The notes below the pieces were generated by a model, which worked only from the letters and a program-made list of their open reading frames with translations, had not been told where the DNA came from and did not search any database. Shown here one piece after another: positions 50,312-58,048 of a stretch of DNA of 64,000 nt. The position numbers were made by a program, and so were the translations under genes. Numbering within the stretch: position 1 is the first letter of the stretch; the number at the start of each line of letters is the position of its first letter. This DNA comes from an uncultured Candidatus Saccharibacteria bacterium (GTDB lineage Bacteria; Patescibacteriota; Minisyncoccia; Phycocordibacterales; JACOZG01): contig CAZYLF010000001.1 in NCBI GenBank assembly GCA_964648765.1, positions 293,797 to 357,796 of the forward strand. The letters run 5' to 3'.

Positions 50312-50696
50312 TAGTAGTGAGAAAAATCTGACTAAATTCTTTCTCCTTAGCATCCATTCTACTACCGTGCGTTAAACCTTTCAAATGTAAGCATCCGTGG
50401 ATAAGTAAATAAATTAGCCGGTTTTTTGCTGTTTCGCCAAAAAGTTTTGCTTCTCTTTTTGCTACGCTAGGATTTAAAAAAATTTCACCCGCATCTTTAC
50501 CAAGCGGAAAACTTAAAACATTGGTGGGCGTATCCTTTCCTTTATGCTCGCGGTGTAACTTTTGAGAGAGTTCGTCAGACGCAAAAACCAGACTCAAATC
50601 GTAGTCTGGTCCTAGTACCCGATCACTAACTTTTTGCCACTTAAAGCGTGGTAAAGTTTCTTTAGTGAGTTTTTGTAAAGCCAACATTGGTGGCAA
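50235..50696 (-). CDS. ybeY: Endoribonuclease YbeY
   Basis: 'HGCLHLKGLTHGSRMD' zinc motif. The 3' end overlaps ftsA. Confidence 0.75.
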   Translation of the reverse strand: MPPMLALQKLTKETLPRFKWQKVSDRVLGPDYDLSLVFASDELSQKLHREHKGKDTPTNVLSFPLGKDAGEIFLNPSVAKREAKLFGETAKNRLIYLLIHGCLHLKGLTHGSRMDAKEKEFSQIFLTTNVKTPHHRIRRGNKLHPSGGVRGNS

Positions 50697-50910
50697 TTTT
50701 GCCGAGCTTTTTTAAGCGTTCGCGATCCACTCGTTTTGAAAGGCGTTTGAGCGCAGCTTTCTTCACTTTGTAGTGAGATTGGACGCGCTCTCGTGACTTT
50801 AGGCCTTTAACCTTACGCACAATACCCGAGCTTTGCACCCGCTTGGAAAACCGCCTCATAATACTTGAGTTGGATTCTCCGGCTGTTCGGCTAACTTCAA
50901 TTACAATCAT
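50662..50910 (-). CDS. rpsU: 30S ribosomal protein bS21 (probable)
   Basis: Basic 82-aa protein. 'IMRRFSKRVQSSGIVRKVK' resembles the S21 core. Confidence 0.55.
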   Translation of the reverse strand: MIVIEVSRTAGESNSSIMRRFSKRVQSSGIVRKVKGLKSRERVQSHYKVKKAALKRLSKRVDRERLKKLGKIATNVGFTKTH

Positions 50911-50930
50911 GGTGGATAAAAACTAGCACA

Positions 50931-52226
50931 TTACTTAATGTTTTTCAAATATTCACCTAACTCTTTAATTGGTACCACGTCTTGTGAGCGGTTGGTCATG
51001 TTGCGCACAATTACCGTGTTCTCAATGGCCTCGCGCTGACCGAGGATGATGGTGTAGGGGACTTTAAGTCGCTCGGCAATGGCCAGTTGAGCAGCGAGAG
51101 AGTCTTTGGAGATGGATTGAGCAATTGGCACTTTGGCTTTACGCAAAACCTCAATTACTTGCATGCTTTTTAGTTTGGCGTCGAAGCTAAGTTGAATAAA
51201 GAATACCTTGGGTTTTTTAAGTAACCTTGAGTGAGGCATTACAGCGCCGGCGGAAAGTAAAACTCGATCCACGCCGATGGCGCCGCCCACCGCGGGCGTG
51301 TCCTTTTTGCTCCCTAAACGTCGAGCCAAATAATCATAACGGCCACCACCGGCGATTGAGCCAGCATCTGGGCCATCATCACGATTGGTAATCTCAAAAA
51401 CCGTGCGTGAGTAATAGTCCAAACCACGCACGAGGTTGTGATTGATCTCGTAGGTTACGCCCATCATCTCAAGATATTCTAACAGCTCTTTAAAGTGAGC
51501 TTTGCATCCAGCGCAAAGGAAACTGATAGCGTTTGGTGCCTCACTTTTAATTGGTTGGCATTCGGGGCTTTTGCAATCTAGCAAACGGAGAGGATTGGTT
51601 TTTAAACGTTCTCTACAGTCAGGGCAAATATCTTTAAGATGTTTTTTATAATAATTTACTAGTTCTTTACGATATTCACTGCGGCACTCTTTGTCTCCAA
51701 TACTATTTAAATCGAGTTTTAGATTCTTTAATCCCGCTTCCTCCAAAATAAGTAAGGTGAGTTTAATGATCATGGCGTCGGCAATGCTTTTGGATGTGCC
51801 AATAATCTCAAGATCAAATTGACGGAACTCGCGATAACGACCCTTTTGTGGTCTATCATGACGGAAAAGTGGGCCATAAAAATAGAGCATCACTGGTTGC
51901 GGTTGACCTTGAAAACCGTTTTCAAAATAGGCGCGCATTATGGAGACAGTGCCTTCAGGTCTGAGTGCAATCCGTTCACCACCTTTAGTTTTAAAAGCGT
52001 AAATTTCTTTATCTACTATATCTGTGCCCTCACCAACTCCAGAAATAAATAAATTCTCTTCTTCAAGCACTGGAGTTTCAATTGGTTGGAAGCCGTAATA
52101 AATAGCGATCTCCGCGGCCTTTTCATAAAAGCCTTGATAGGCGTAGTATTCATCACCAAAAATGTCGCGCATCCCCTTTAGCGTTTTAGAATCTTTTTTG
52201 TCGTTTGGGCTTTTTTCAGGATTCAT
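50931..52226 (-). CDS. hisS: Histidine--tRNA ligase
   Basis: Class II motifs, including 'GGGRYDYL' (motif 3) and a HisRS anticodon-binding C-terminus. Confidence 0.9.
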   Translation of the reverse strand: MNPEKSPNDKKDSKTLKGMRDIFGDEYYAYQGFYEKAAEIAIYYGFQPIETPVLEEENLFISGVGEGTDIVDKEIYAFKTKGGERIALRPEGTVSIMRAYFENGFQGQPQPVMLYFYGPLFRHDRPQKGRYREFRQFDLEIIGTSKSIADAMIIKLTLLILEEAGLKNLKLDLNSIGDKECRSEYRKELVNYYKKHLKDICPDCRERLKTNPLRLLDCKSPECQPIKSEAPNAISFLCAGCKAHFKELLEYLEMMGVTYEINHNLVRGLDYYSRTVFEITNRDDGPDAGSIAGGGRYDYLARRLGSKKDTPAVGGAIGVDRVLLSAGAVMPHSRLLKKPKVFFIQLSFDAKLKSMQVIEVLRKAKVPIAQSISKDSLAAQLAIAERLKVPYTIILGQREAIENTVIVRNMTNRSQDVVPIKELGEYLKNIK

Positions 52227-52228
52227 AA

Positions 52229-52792
52229 TTAAAATTTGGTTATTTTATCTACAGGGAAAAGTCTCACAAAAACCTTACCTTTTAATAATTTCTCTGGCAC
52301 GGCACCCCAAAAGCGGGAGTCATAACTCTGATCACGATTATCACCCATCACAAAATACTCACCGGCGCCAAGTGTGGTGGTGTGGTCGGCGAGGGTTTGC
52401 TCTTTAATATATGAGTCATCAATTTCAATATTTTGCTCGCCATTTTTAATTGTGACTTTATTATCCTTGATGGTTACCGTTTCACCAGGTAAACCAATTA
52501 AACGTTTAATGAAAAAAGTTTTGGGATTTTTAGGATAACGGAAAACCACCACCTCACCGCGCGCTGGCTCGCGGAAATGGTAAGAGAGCTCATCAATAAT
52601 TAAATATTGACCGTTCTCAAAGGTTGGCGACATCGAGTTGCCGTTGACCACAAATGGTTGAGCTACATAGGCACGAATAGGCACTACGATTACGAGTACC
52701 ACAAGTAAAAAACGAACGGTTTCAAGGAGGGTATTGAGCGTCTTTTTCATACGATTATGGCTAATTTTATTACAAAAATGGGTGGTGCGCAA
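52229..52792 (-). CDS. lepB: Signal peptidase I
   Basis: 'SMSPTF' Ser box, 'KRLIGLPGE' Lys box, 'GDNRDQSYDSRFWG'. Confidence 0.9.
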   Translation of the reverse strand: MRTTHFCNKISHNRMKKTLNTLLETVRFLLVVLVIVVPIRAYVAQPFVVNGNSMSPTFENGQYLIIDELSYHFREPARGEVVVFRYPKNPKTFFIKRLIGLPGETVTIKDNKVTIKNGEQNIEIDDSYIKEQTLADHTTTLGAGEYFVMGDNRDQSYDSRFWGAVPEKLLKGKVFVRLFPVDKITKF

Positions 52793-52860
52793 GCCTGCCC
52801 GATAGTCAGGCGGGTTTACCCGAACTTGGGCGGGCCTGCAAAAAATGCTATCCTAACTTC

Positions 52861-53382
52861 ATGAAATATTTTTTGCTGGCCTTGGGCAATCCCGGGGCAG
52901 AATATGAAAATACTAGGCACAATGTGGGCCGGATGGCGATAGAAAAGTTTGAACATCCAAAGTTTAAGATTGTTGAGTCAGCAGAGATGATGAATAATTC
53001 TGGTCGGGCGCTTAAATCTCATATTAAAAGTCAAAAGGATGCAGAGAAATTGGTGGTGATCCATGATGATTTAGATTTGCCACTTGGAGTTTTAAAAATT
53101 AGTTTTAATCGTGGGGCTGGGGGGCACAGGGGAGTGGATTCGGTTATTAAAACTTTGAAATCAGAAGCCTTCACTCGCGTGCGGATCGGTGTGTCGCCCG
53201 TGACGCCTGGCGGTAAACTTAAAAAACCGAAGGGTGAGGAAAAAGTGGTGGATTTTATTTTAGGTAAATTTAAACCCGCCGAAATTGCAGAACTCAAAAA
53301 GGTTTTCAAAAAAGTTTGCGAGGCGCTCACAATGATTGCAGATGAAGGGAGAGAAAAAGCCATGGGGGAGTTTAATAAATAA
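52861..53382 (+). CDS. pth: Peptidyl-tRNA hydrolase
   Basis: 'LLALGNPGAEYENTRHNVG' and 'HDDLDLPLG'. Confidence 0.92.
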   Translation: MKYFLLALGNPGAEYENTRHNVGRMAIEKFEHPKFKIVESAEMMNNSGRALKSHIKSQKDAEKLVVIHDDLDLPLGVLKISFNRGAGGHRGVDSVIKTLKSEAFTRVRIGVSPVTPGGKLKKPKGEEKVVDFILGKFKPAEIAELKKVFKKVCEALTMIADEGREKAMGEFNK

Positions 53383-53503
53383 AAATGCACGGCCAGATGG
53401 TCGTGCATAAAAGAGATATTGTCAGCTTGAGGTGAGGTATTTTAAGCTAACGATAAAAACTACCGCACAAGCTAATACTCCACCCGAGCAGATCCAGAAG
53501 ATC

Positions 53504-53608
53504 CTATCGCCCCCCCGGTTTTGAGTAGGCGTTCTGACCGATGATGCCAAGTGGCAACATGCCGAGGTCAGCTACTATACAAATTCCTAACCAAATCAGA
53601 CTCGACAT
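53504..53608 (-). CDS. Possible 34-aa hydrophobic peptide MSSLIWLGICIVADLGMLPLGIIGQNAYSKPGGR
   Basis: Strong RBS: GAGAAGGAG, then 6 nt, then ATG. Single TM-like helix. Below the track size cutoff. Confidence 0.3.
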   Translation of the reverse strand: MSSLIWLGICIVADLGMLPLGIIGQNAYSKPGGR

Positions 53609-53692
53609 TTTGAACTCCTTCTCAAAAAACTCACCATTTGTGCTTTTAGCTGAGAACATCTCAACCAGTTCCAATTTGAGTCTACCATGTTT

Positions 53693-54196
53693 TTAAGTAG
53701 TTTGCGGTAGACTGATGAACTTTTGAATTGTGTAGTCGATTAACTCCTTCATGTCTTCCATCCCATCACATTTGGGTGAGATGATTACAAAGTTGATCAC
53801 TTCTTTTTTTACCTCAATCTTAAGGAGACTACGTTTTTCAATCTCGTCGTTGTCGCAAGTGACCATGACGATGGTAACTTTGCTTCCGAAATGTGCCCGG
53901 AGTGTTTGGCAATACTTGATTGCTCTTGCTAGCAACCGAATGTTACAGGCGTGGACAAAAACAATAAGTTTTTTGCCGTCCTTTACTTCGGGCAGATCAA
54001 GCCACTCAAATTGCTTGAATTGTCTTTGGCGGATGTCGGTGACAAGCTCACCGCGCTCGTGGCTTTTGATCCCACTTTTGTAGCCCTTAATGAGCCCGTA
54101 AGTAAAGAATAGGGCATAAAGTTTCCGTTTACTTCCGCTCAGAATGTTTTGGAACTCCTGGCTCAAGATGAACTCATACAACTTCCAGATTCGCAT
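53693..54196 (-). CDS. Hypothetical protein. Possibly the terminal unit of the repeat-flanked array: a degenerate box + hairpin lies upstream at 54433-54506.
   Basis: RBS AAAGGAG upstream of MRIWKL. Confidence 0.5.
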   Translation of the reverse strand: MRIWKLYEFILSQEFQNILSGSKRKLYALFFTYGLIKGYKSGIKSHERGELVTDIRQRQFKQFEWLDLPEVKDGKKLIVFVHACNIRLLARAIKYCQTLRAHFGSKVTIVMVTCDNDEIEKRSLLKIEVKKEVINFVIISPKCDGMEDMKELIDYTIQKFISLPQTT

Positions 54197-54279
54197 CTTT
54201 TACTCCTTTCAGATTTCAGTATGTTATGAATGATCAACCAATTTTTACCCTACCATTAATTATTAATCTTGTAAAACGC

Positions 54280-54302
54280 AAAAAACCCCGCCAGGGCGGG
54301 GC
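54280..54302 (-). terminator. Intrinsic terminator (minus strand: CCCCGCCCTGGCGGGG + T6)
   Basis: Read directly from the sequence. Confidence 0.6.
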
Positions 54303-54432
54303 GATCAAATAGGTTAAAGCGATAGTCCAGATTGTGTGGAGAGAGCCACTCAATCTAAAAAAATCTCCTCATCCCATTCAATGCGCCCCGCTCAAGCGGG
54401 GTTTCTGTAATTATATCTTATAAATTCTTCCT

Positions 54433-54506
54433 ACGAACTCACCATCCGCCACCGGACGAATGATAAATTCGAAAAGAAGGAGAACGCACAAATGAGCACG
54501 TTCTCC
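54433..54506 (-). repeat. Array element copy 10. Degenerate box + type-B hairpin GGAGAACG(C/T)GC-AAATGA-GCACGTTCTCC.
   Basis: Shares ...CGAAAAGAAG + an AAATGA-loop hairpin with copies at 57968, 61892, 61188. Confidence 0.6.
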
Positions 54507-54522
54507 ATACTCCACAAATGGA

Positions 54523-54804
54523 TTACTTGGAATTCTCCCAACGGCACTCGATCTCGGGTGTTTCTCCCCGCTCGAGGGCGGCTGAAACTTTTGTGTGGGT
54601 GGCGATGTATATCTCGCAGTACCTGTCTTTGTCGTCGACGGCGTAGACGTCACCATTTTGACCATGCTGCAGTAATCTCACCACCTTCCCTTTGGTGTAG
54701 GGCGGCACTTCATCAGGAATTTTTTCAGACCCTACGGTGAACACCAGTAGCAACGTCAAAAAGACAACCCAGAGAAATCCATTCCACTTACTTCGATTCG
54801 ACAT
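54523..54804 (-). CDS. Small secreted protein (signal peptide + ~65-aa 2-Cys domain), paralog of 54822..55106
   Basis: 'YTKGKVVRLLQHG...RYCEIY(I/V)(A/S)THTKVS(A/L)ALERGETPEIECRW' is shared with its neighbour. Confidence 0.65.
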   Translation of the reverse strand: MSNRSKWNGFLWVVFLTLLLVFTVGSEKIPDEVPPYTKGKVVRLLQHGQNGDVYAVDDKDRYCEIYIATHTKVSAALERGETPEIECRWENSK

Positions 54805-54821
54805 CTCATTTCTCCTCTGAA

Positions 54822-55106
54822 TTACTTGGAATCATACCAACGACACTCGATTTCCGGAGTCTCTCCTCGTTCAAGAGCGAGAGAAACCTTCACATGCGTA
54901 GAAACGTATATTTCGCAGAATCTGCCTGCGCTGTCGATGGCGACGACTATCCCGTCTCTGCCGTGTTCCAGCACCCTCACTACTTTTCCTTTGGTGAGAG
55001 GGATATAGTTTCTTCGCGTTTCCGCCTCGGCACATAGAAAGCTACTACCCAGGATCAAAATAATTACAAAAATTACTTTGATAGAATTCCAAATCCGTTT
55101 CCACAT
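54822..55106 (-). CDS. Small secreted protein, tandem paralog
   Basis: Same family as 54523..54804. RBS GGAGAAGGAG. Confidence 0.65.
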   Translation of the reverse strand: MWKRIWNSIKVIFVIILILGSSFLCAEAETRRNYIPLTKGKVVRVLEHGRDGIVVAIDSAGRFCEIYVSTHVKVSLALERGETPEIECRWYDSK

Positions 55107-55143
55107 CTTATTTCTCCTTCTCCCTTACTTTTGCCTTGATTTT

Positions 55144-55247
55144 TTCCAATCAACTTACGATCACACGATCGCGAATTGAAAAAGAAGATCGAGAGTCCGC
55201 ACACTCTCGATCTTTAAAATTATCCCGTGGTCTCCCGTGCGGGGGAG
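55144..55247 (-). repeat. Array element copy 1: conserved box TTCCAATCAAC(T/C)(T/C)ACGATCACACGATCG...GAA(A/T)AAGAAG, type-A hairpin GATCGAGAGT-CCGCAC-ACTCTCGATC, and CTCCCGTGCGGGGGAG hairpin
   Basis: Near-identical to the copy at 56059-56164. Confidence 0.7.
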
Positions 55248-55251
55248 AATA

Positions 55252-55545
55252 TCAGCAGTAGTCCATCGCCTTCACAGGGTTTTGATCCCATCCCGGATAA
55301 TCACCGTCGGGCAGGAACACGCTCCACTTGACGATTGCCGCCATCTTCATGTCCCGCAAGGATTGAATCACCCCACATTCAATGGCTTGATCAGAGGCTA
55401 GGGGAAAATCCTTTTTCAGGATATCACCAAGCTTCAAGAATGCTGCCAGGCTGTGGTCGTAGCCTCCGATCACGCGAATGTCGGCGTACATCTTTCCTTC
55501 TCTGTTTCGGGGTTCATCCTTGCGCCAGTATATTCTTTTTTGCAT
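55252..55545 (-). CDS. Hypothetical 97-aa protein (MQKRIYWRKDEP...), paralog of 56889..57182
   Basis: About 45% identity to the paralog, with shared 'GGYDHSL', 'DYP.W(D/N)QNP'. RBS AGAGAGAAGGAAA. Confidence 0.6.
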   Translation of the reverse strand: MQKRIYWRKDEPRNREGKMYADIRVIGGYDHSLAAFLKLGDILKKDFPLASDQAIECGVIQSLRDMKMAAIVKWSVFLPDGDYPGWDQNPVKAMDYC

Positions 55546-55576
55546 TTTCCTTCTCTCACTTTCTTTGTCTTGAATT

Positions 55577-55612
55577 GTTTCCAATCAACTCACCATCGCT
55601 CGTGATGAGTAC
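55577..55612 (-). repeat. Array element copy 2 (degenerate box only)
   Basis: TTCCAATCAACTCACCATCGCTCGTGATGAG. Confidence 0.45.
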
Positions 55613-56029
55613 TTATTTAGTCCCAGCTAAACACCCATGAATTTTCTCACCAACTTTCAAGAAGATCCATTTTCCTGAACTTGTTGCGTCACCGTTTCCA
55701 AGATAAATTGTTCGAACGAACCATCCGTCCCGAACAACGGCGAACCCTAAGCCGTTTACTGTCCCGCTCCCAACGATGACGTCCCAGTTCCTGTTTAACA
55801 GAAACTTTCTGCTCGTCGCGTCGGTGTTGATGGGGATACCTACCCCCTTATTAATGCCTATTGTCCACATCGTTATCATGGACATCAGAAAGAAGACCAA
55901 CCCAATTGTAAGGTGAATAATCGGTCCGCCTTCAGGCCCAGTGGAAATTGTGGCTCCAGCACACACGAGATTGTAGATCGAGATTGCGCTTACGGTCAGA
56001 AATAGTAACCAATCATGAATCTTAGACAT
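55613..56029 (-). CDS. Hypothetical membrane protein (3 TM helices + C-terminal domain)
   Basis: RBS AAAAGGAGAA upstream of MSKIHDW. Confidence 0.55.
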   Translation of the reverse strand: MSKIHDWLLFLTVSAISIYNLVCAGATISTGPEGGPIIHLTIGLVFFLMSMITMWTIGINKGVGIPINTDATSRKFLLNRNWDVIVGSGTVNGLGFAVVRDGWFVRTIYLGNGDATSSGKWIFLKVGEKIHGCLAGTK

Positions 56030-56058
56030 CCTGATTCTCCTTTTGTAATTTCTTGTTT

Positions 56059-56164
56059 CTTCCAATCAACTCACGATCACACGATCGCAGGTTGAAAAAG
56101 AAGATCGAGAGTCCGCACACTCTCGATCAATGATCAATATAATCTTGTACTCCCGTGCGGGGGA
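56059..56164 (-). repeat. Array element copy 3 (box + type-A hairpin + CTCCCGTGCGGGGGAG hairpin)
   Basis: Read directly from the sequence. Confidence 0.7.
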
Positions 56165-56199
56165 GTTAATGCTGAAACGGCCGACCCCCCATATGTTGG

Positions 56200-56751
56200 C
56201 TACGAGGTGTGTGCCGCCTTTTTGCTTGCTCCAGGGAGAAACTCAGCCTGAAGCTGATTCAGCCGATTGGTTGTAGTAGTTTCTTCCCACGCCTTATTGT
56301 ACTCGCGAAGAGCAACATTCAAGTGATCGGCTAGGTCGCCACAATTCCTTCTGATCTGCAAGATTGTTTCCTCATCGCCCTGGACCGCGTCCACGATTGA
56401 TTGAGCAAAAGCCGCTTCTTCATTGGGCGCTTCATCCCACATTCTTTTTACTAGTTTGGTGAAGGCTAGTCTCCCTAGTTGCATCTGACCGCCAGTCGCT
56501 AGTGGGGAAAAAGAGAAAAGCCTCTTTTTTTCTCCAGTTGCGTCTTGGGTGTCAGTGATGACACCGAGGGCGGTGAGAACTCCTTCAAGCTTGGCTTCCA
56601 TGCCTCGCGTACACAGAATCTCGAACATCTCATCCCGCCGACTCATCCGTCGCCTTTCTTGCCAGTCGCTGACTACCTTCATCGTTATCAGTATGATGAC
56701 GATGATAGTCGCCAGCATCAAAATAGTGATAGGCATAAATTCCAGTTCCAC
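56200..56751 (-). CDS. Hypothetical protein with N-terminal TM anchor
   Basis: GTG start with GGAGA RBS. Confidence 0.5.
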   Translation of the reverse strand: MELEFMPITILMLATIIVIILITMKVVSDWQERRRMSRRDEMFEILCTRGMEAKLEGVLTALGVITDTQDATGEKKRLFSFSPLATGGQMQLGRLAFTKLVKRMWDEAPNEEAAFAQSIVDAVQGDEETILQIRRNCGDLADHLNVALREYNKAWEETTTTNRLNQLQAEFLPGASKKAAHTS

Positions 56752-56779
56752 TGTTGTCTCCTTAAAATTAGACTACCAA

Positions 56780-56884
56780 CCCTCTTCTAACGAGCTCACC
56801 ACACACGTGACGAGTTCGAAAAGAAGATCGAAGCCCGCACGCTTCGATCTTTAAAATTATCCCGTTGCCTCCCGTGCGGGGGAG
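56780..56884 (-). repeat. Array element copy 4 (degenerate box + type-A hairpin variant GATCGAAGC-CCGCAC-GCTTCGATC + CTCCCGTGCGGGGGAG)
   Basis: The stem shows compensatory changes relative to copies 1 and 3. Confidence 0.65.
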
Positions 56885-56888
56885 AATA

Positions 56889-57182
56889 TCACCAGCTGTA
56901 GTCCATCAGCGGCGGGTTCTGATTCCAGTCAGGATAATCACCCCGATCCAGGAATCCACTCCACACTGCAATGGCCATTCCACTCATGTCGACTGAGCCA
57001 CTGGTTACCCCCAACACAATGTTGAGATCATTTGCCTGCGGAAAATCCTGTTTCAGGATCTCCACAAGTTTCTGATATGCGCCCAGGCTGTGGTCGTAGC
57101 CTCCGACCACCTGTACGTTTGCGTACATTTTGCCCTCCGCATTTTTTGGTTGCTCCCTGCGCCAATAAATTCTCTTTTGCAT
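56889..57182 (-). CDS. Hypothetical 97-aa protein (MQKRIYWRREQP...), paralog of 55252..55545
   Basis: See paralog. Confidence 0.6.
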   Translation of the reverse strand: MQKRIYWRREQPKNAEGKMYANVQVVGGYDHSLGAYQKLVEILKQDFPQANDLNIVLGVTSGSVDMSGMAIAVWSGFLDRGDYPDWNQNPPLMDYSW

Positions 57183-57213
57183 TTTCCTTCTCTCTTTCTC
57201 TTTTTTGAATCGT

Positions 57214-57275
57214 TTCCAATCAACCCACGAGCACACGCTCGCCGGGTTGAATAAGAAGGGGAACCGAAGTTCCCC
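57214..57275 (-). repeat. Array element copy 5 (box + hairpin GGGGAAC-CGAA-GTTCCCC)
   Basis: Read directly from the sequence. Confidence 0.65.
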
Positions 57276-57380
57276 GTGCTGGTCAGACTTTTTCATCACC
57301 CAGAATTGGCGACCAACTCAACTTGGGCTGCATTTACACCTCATTTTACCTCTACCTTTCTCCCGGCCTGGGGAAATGTA

Positions 57381-57614
57381 TTACAGATCGCCTCGGCCCG
57401 TGAGTTCTCCCCACGAGGCACTGACGGTGAAGATAATTACCGTCAACACTGTGGCCGCTTGAGCCACATTGTGTTTGAAGTTGTCGGGGTAATCCGTCAG
57501 CCACCAAAAGACTCCCATCCCCGCAACTTCTACGGTGGCGATTACTGCCCACCGCTTGATAAATCGCTTGCTCCGTTCTTTTTGTAGCAACAGATACTTT
57601 CCCAGAAATCCCAT
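57381..57614 (-). CDS. Small membrane protein (77 aa, start MGFLGKY)
   Basis: RBS GGAGAGGAG, then 8 nt, then ATG. Confidence 0.5.
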   Translation of the reverse strand: MGFLGKYLLLQKERSKRFIKRWAVIATVEVAGMGVFWWLTDYPDNFKHNVAQAATVLTVIIFTVSASWGELTGRGDL

Positions 57615-57666
57615 CTCAAATCTCCTCTCCAGCATCTTTTGCTGGTAAAAGTTTGCAATTATTCGC

Positions 57667-57903
57667 TCACTTCTTTTTTGGTTTACTCCGTAGGCCACTG
57701 AAGACGAACTTTAGGCCGATCAGGATCACCACTAGCACCAGCAGTGATTCAAAAATTGGCCTAACCTCATGAGTTAAACTAGTCAGCGATGATTGAATCA
57801 CCCCTGGCCAAATTTTACTCACGACTGCCGCCGCCGCGATCACAACGCAACACACCAAAAACCGCTTCGGCGTGCCGATGAAAAAATTCAACCATTCTTT
57901 CAT
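57667..57903 (-). CDS. Small 2-TM membrane protein (78 aa, start MKEWLNFF)
   Basis: RBS GGAAAGGAAAAACC upstream of the ATG. Confidence 0.5.
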   Translation of the reverse strand: MKEWLNFFIGTPKRFLVCCVVIAAAAVVSKIWPGVIQSSLTSLTHEVRPIFESLLVLVVILIGLKFVFSGLRSKPKKK

Positions 57904-57925
57904 GGTTTTTCCTTTCCAATTTTCT

Positions 57926-57997
57926 TCCAATCAACTCACGATCACACGATCGTAGGCTGAATAAGAAGGGGGAGGTTGCAAATGAGCAACGTCCCCC
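57926..57997 (-). repeat. Array element copy 6 (box + type-B hairpin variant GGGGGAGGTTGC-AAATGA-GCAACGTCCCCC)
   Basis: Compensatory T:A insertion relative to copy 9. Confidence 0.7.
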
Positions 57998-58048
57998 GAT
58001 AAAGAACTATTTAAAGACACTTAATGGCTGTCTCTTTTAGCCAAAACT

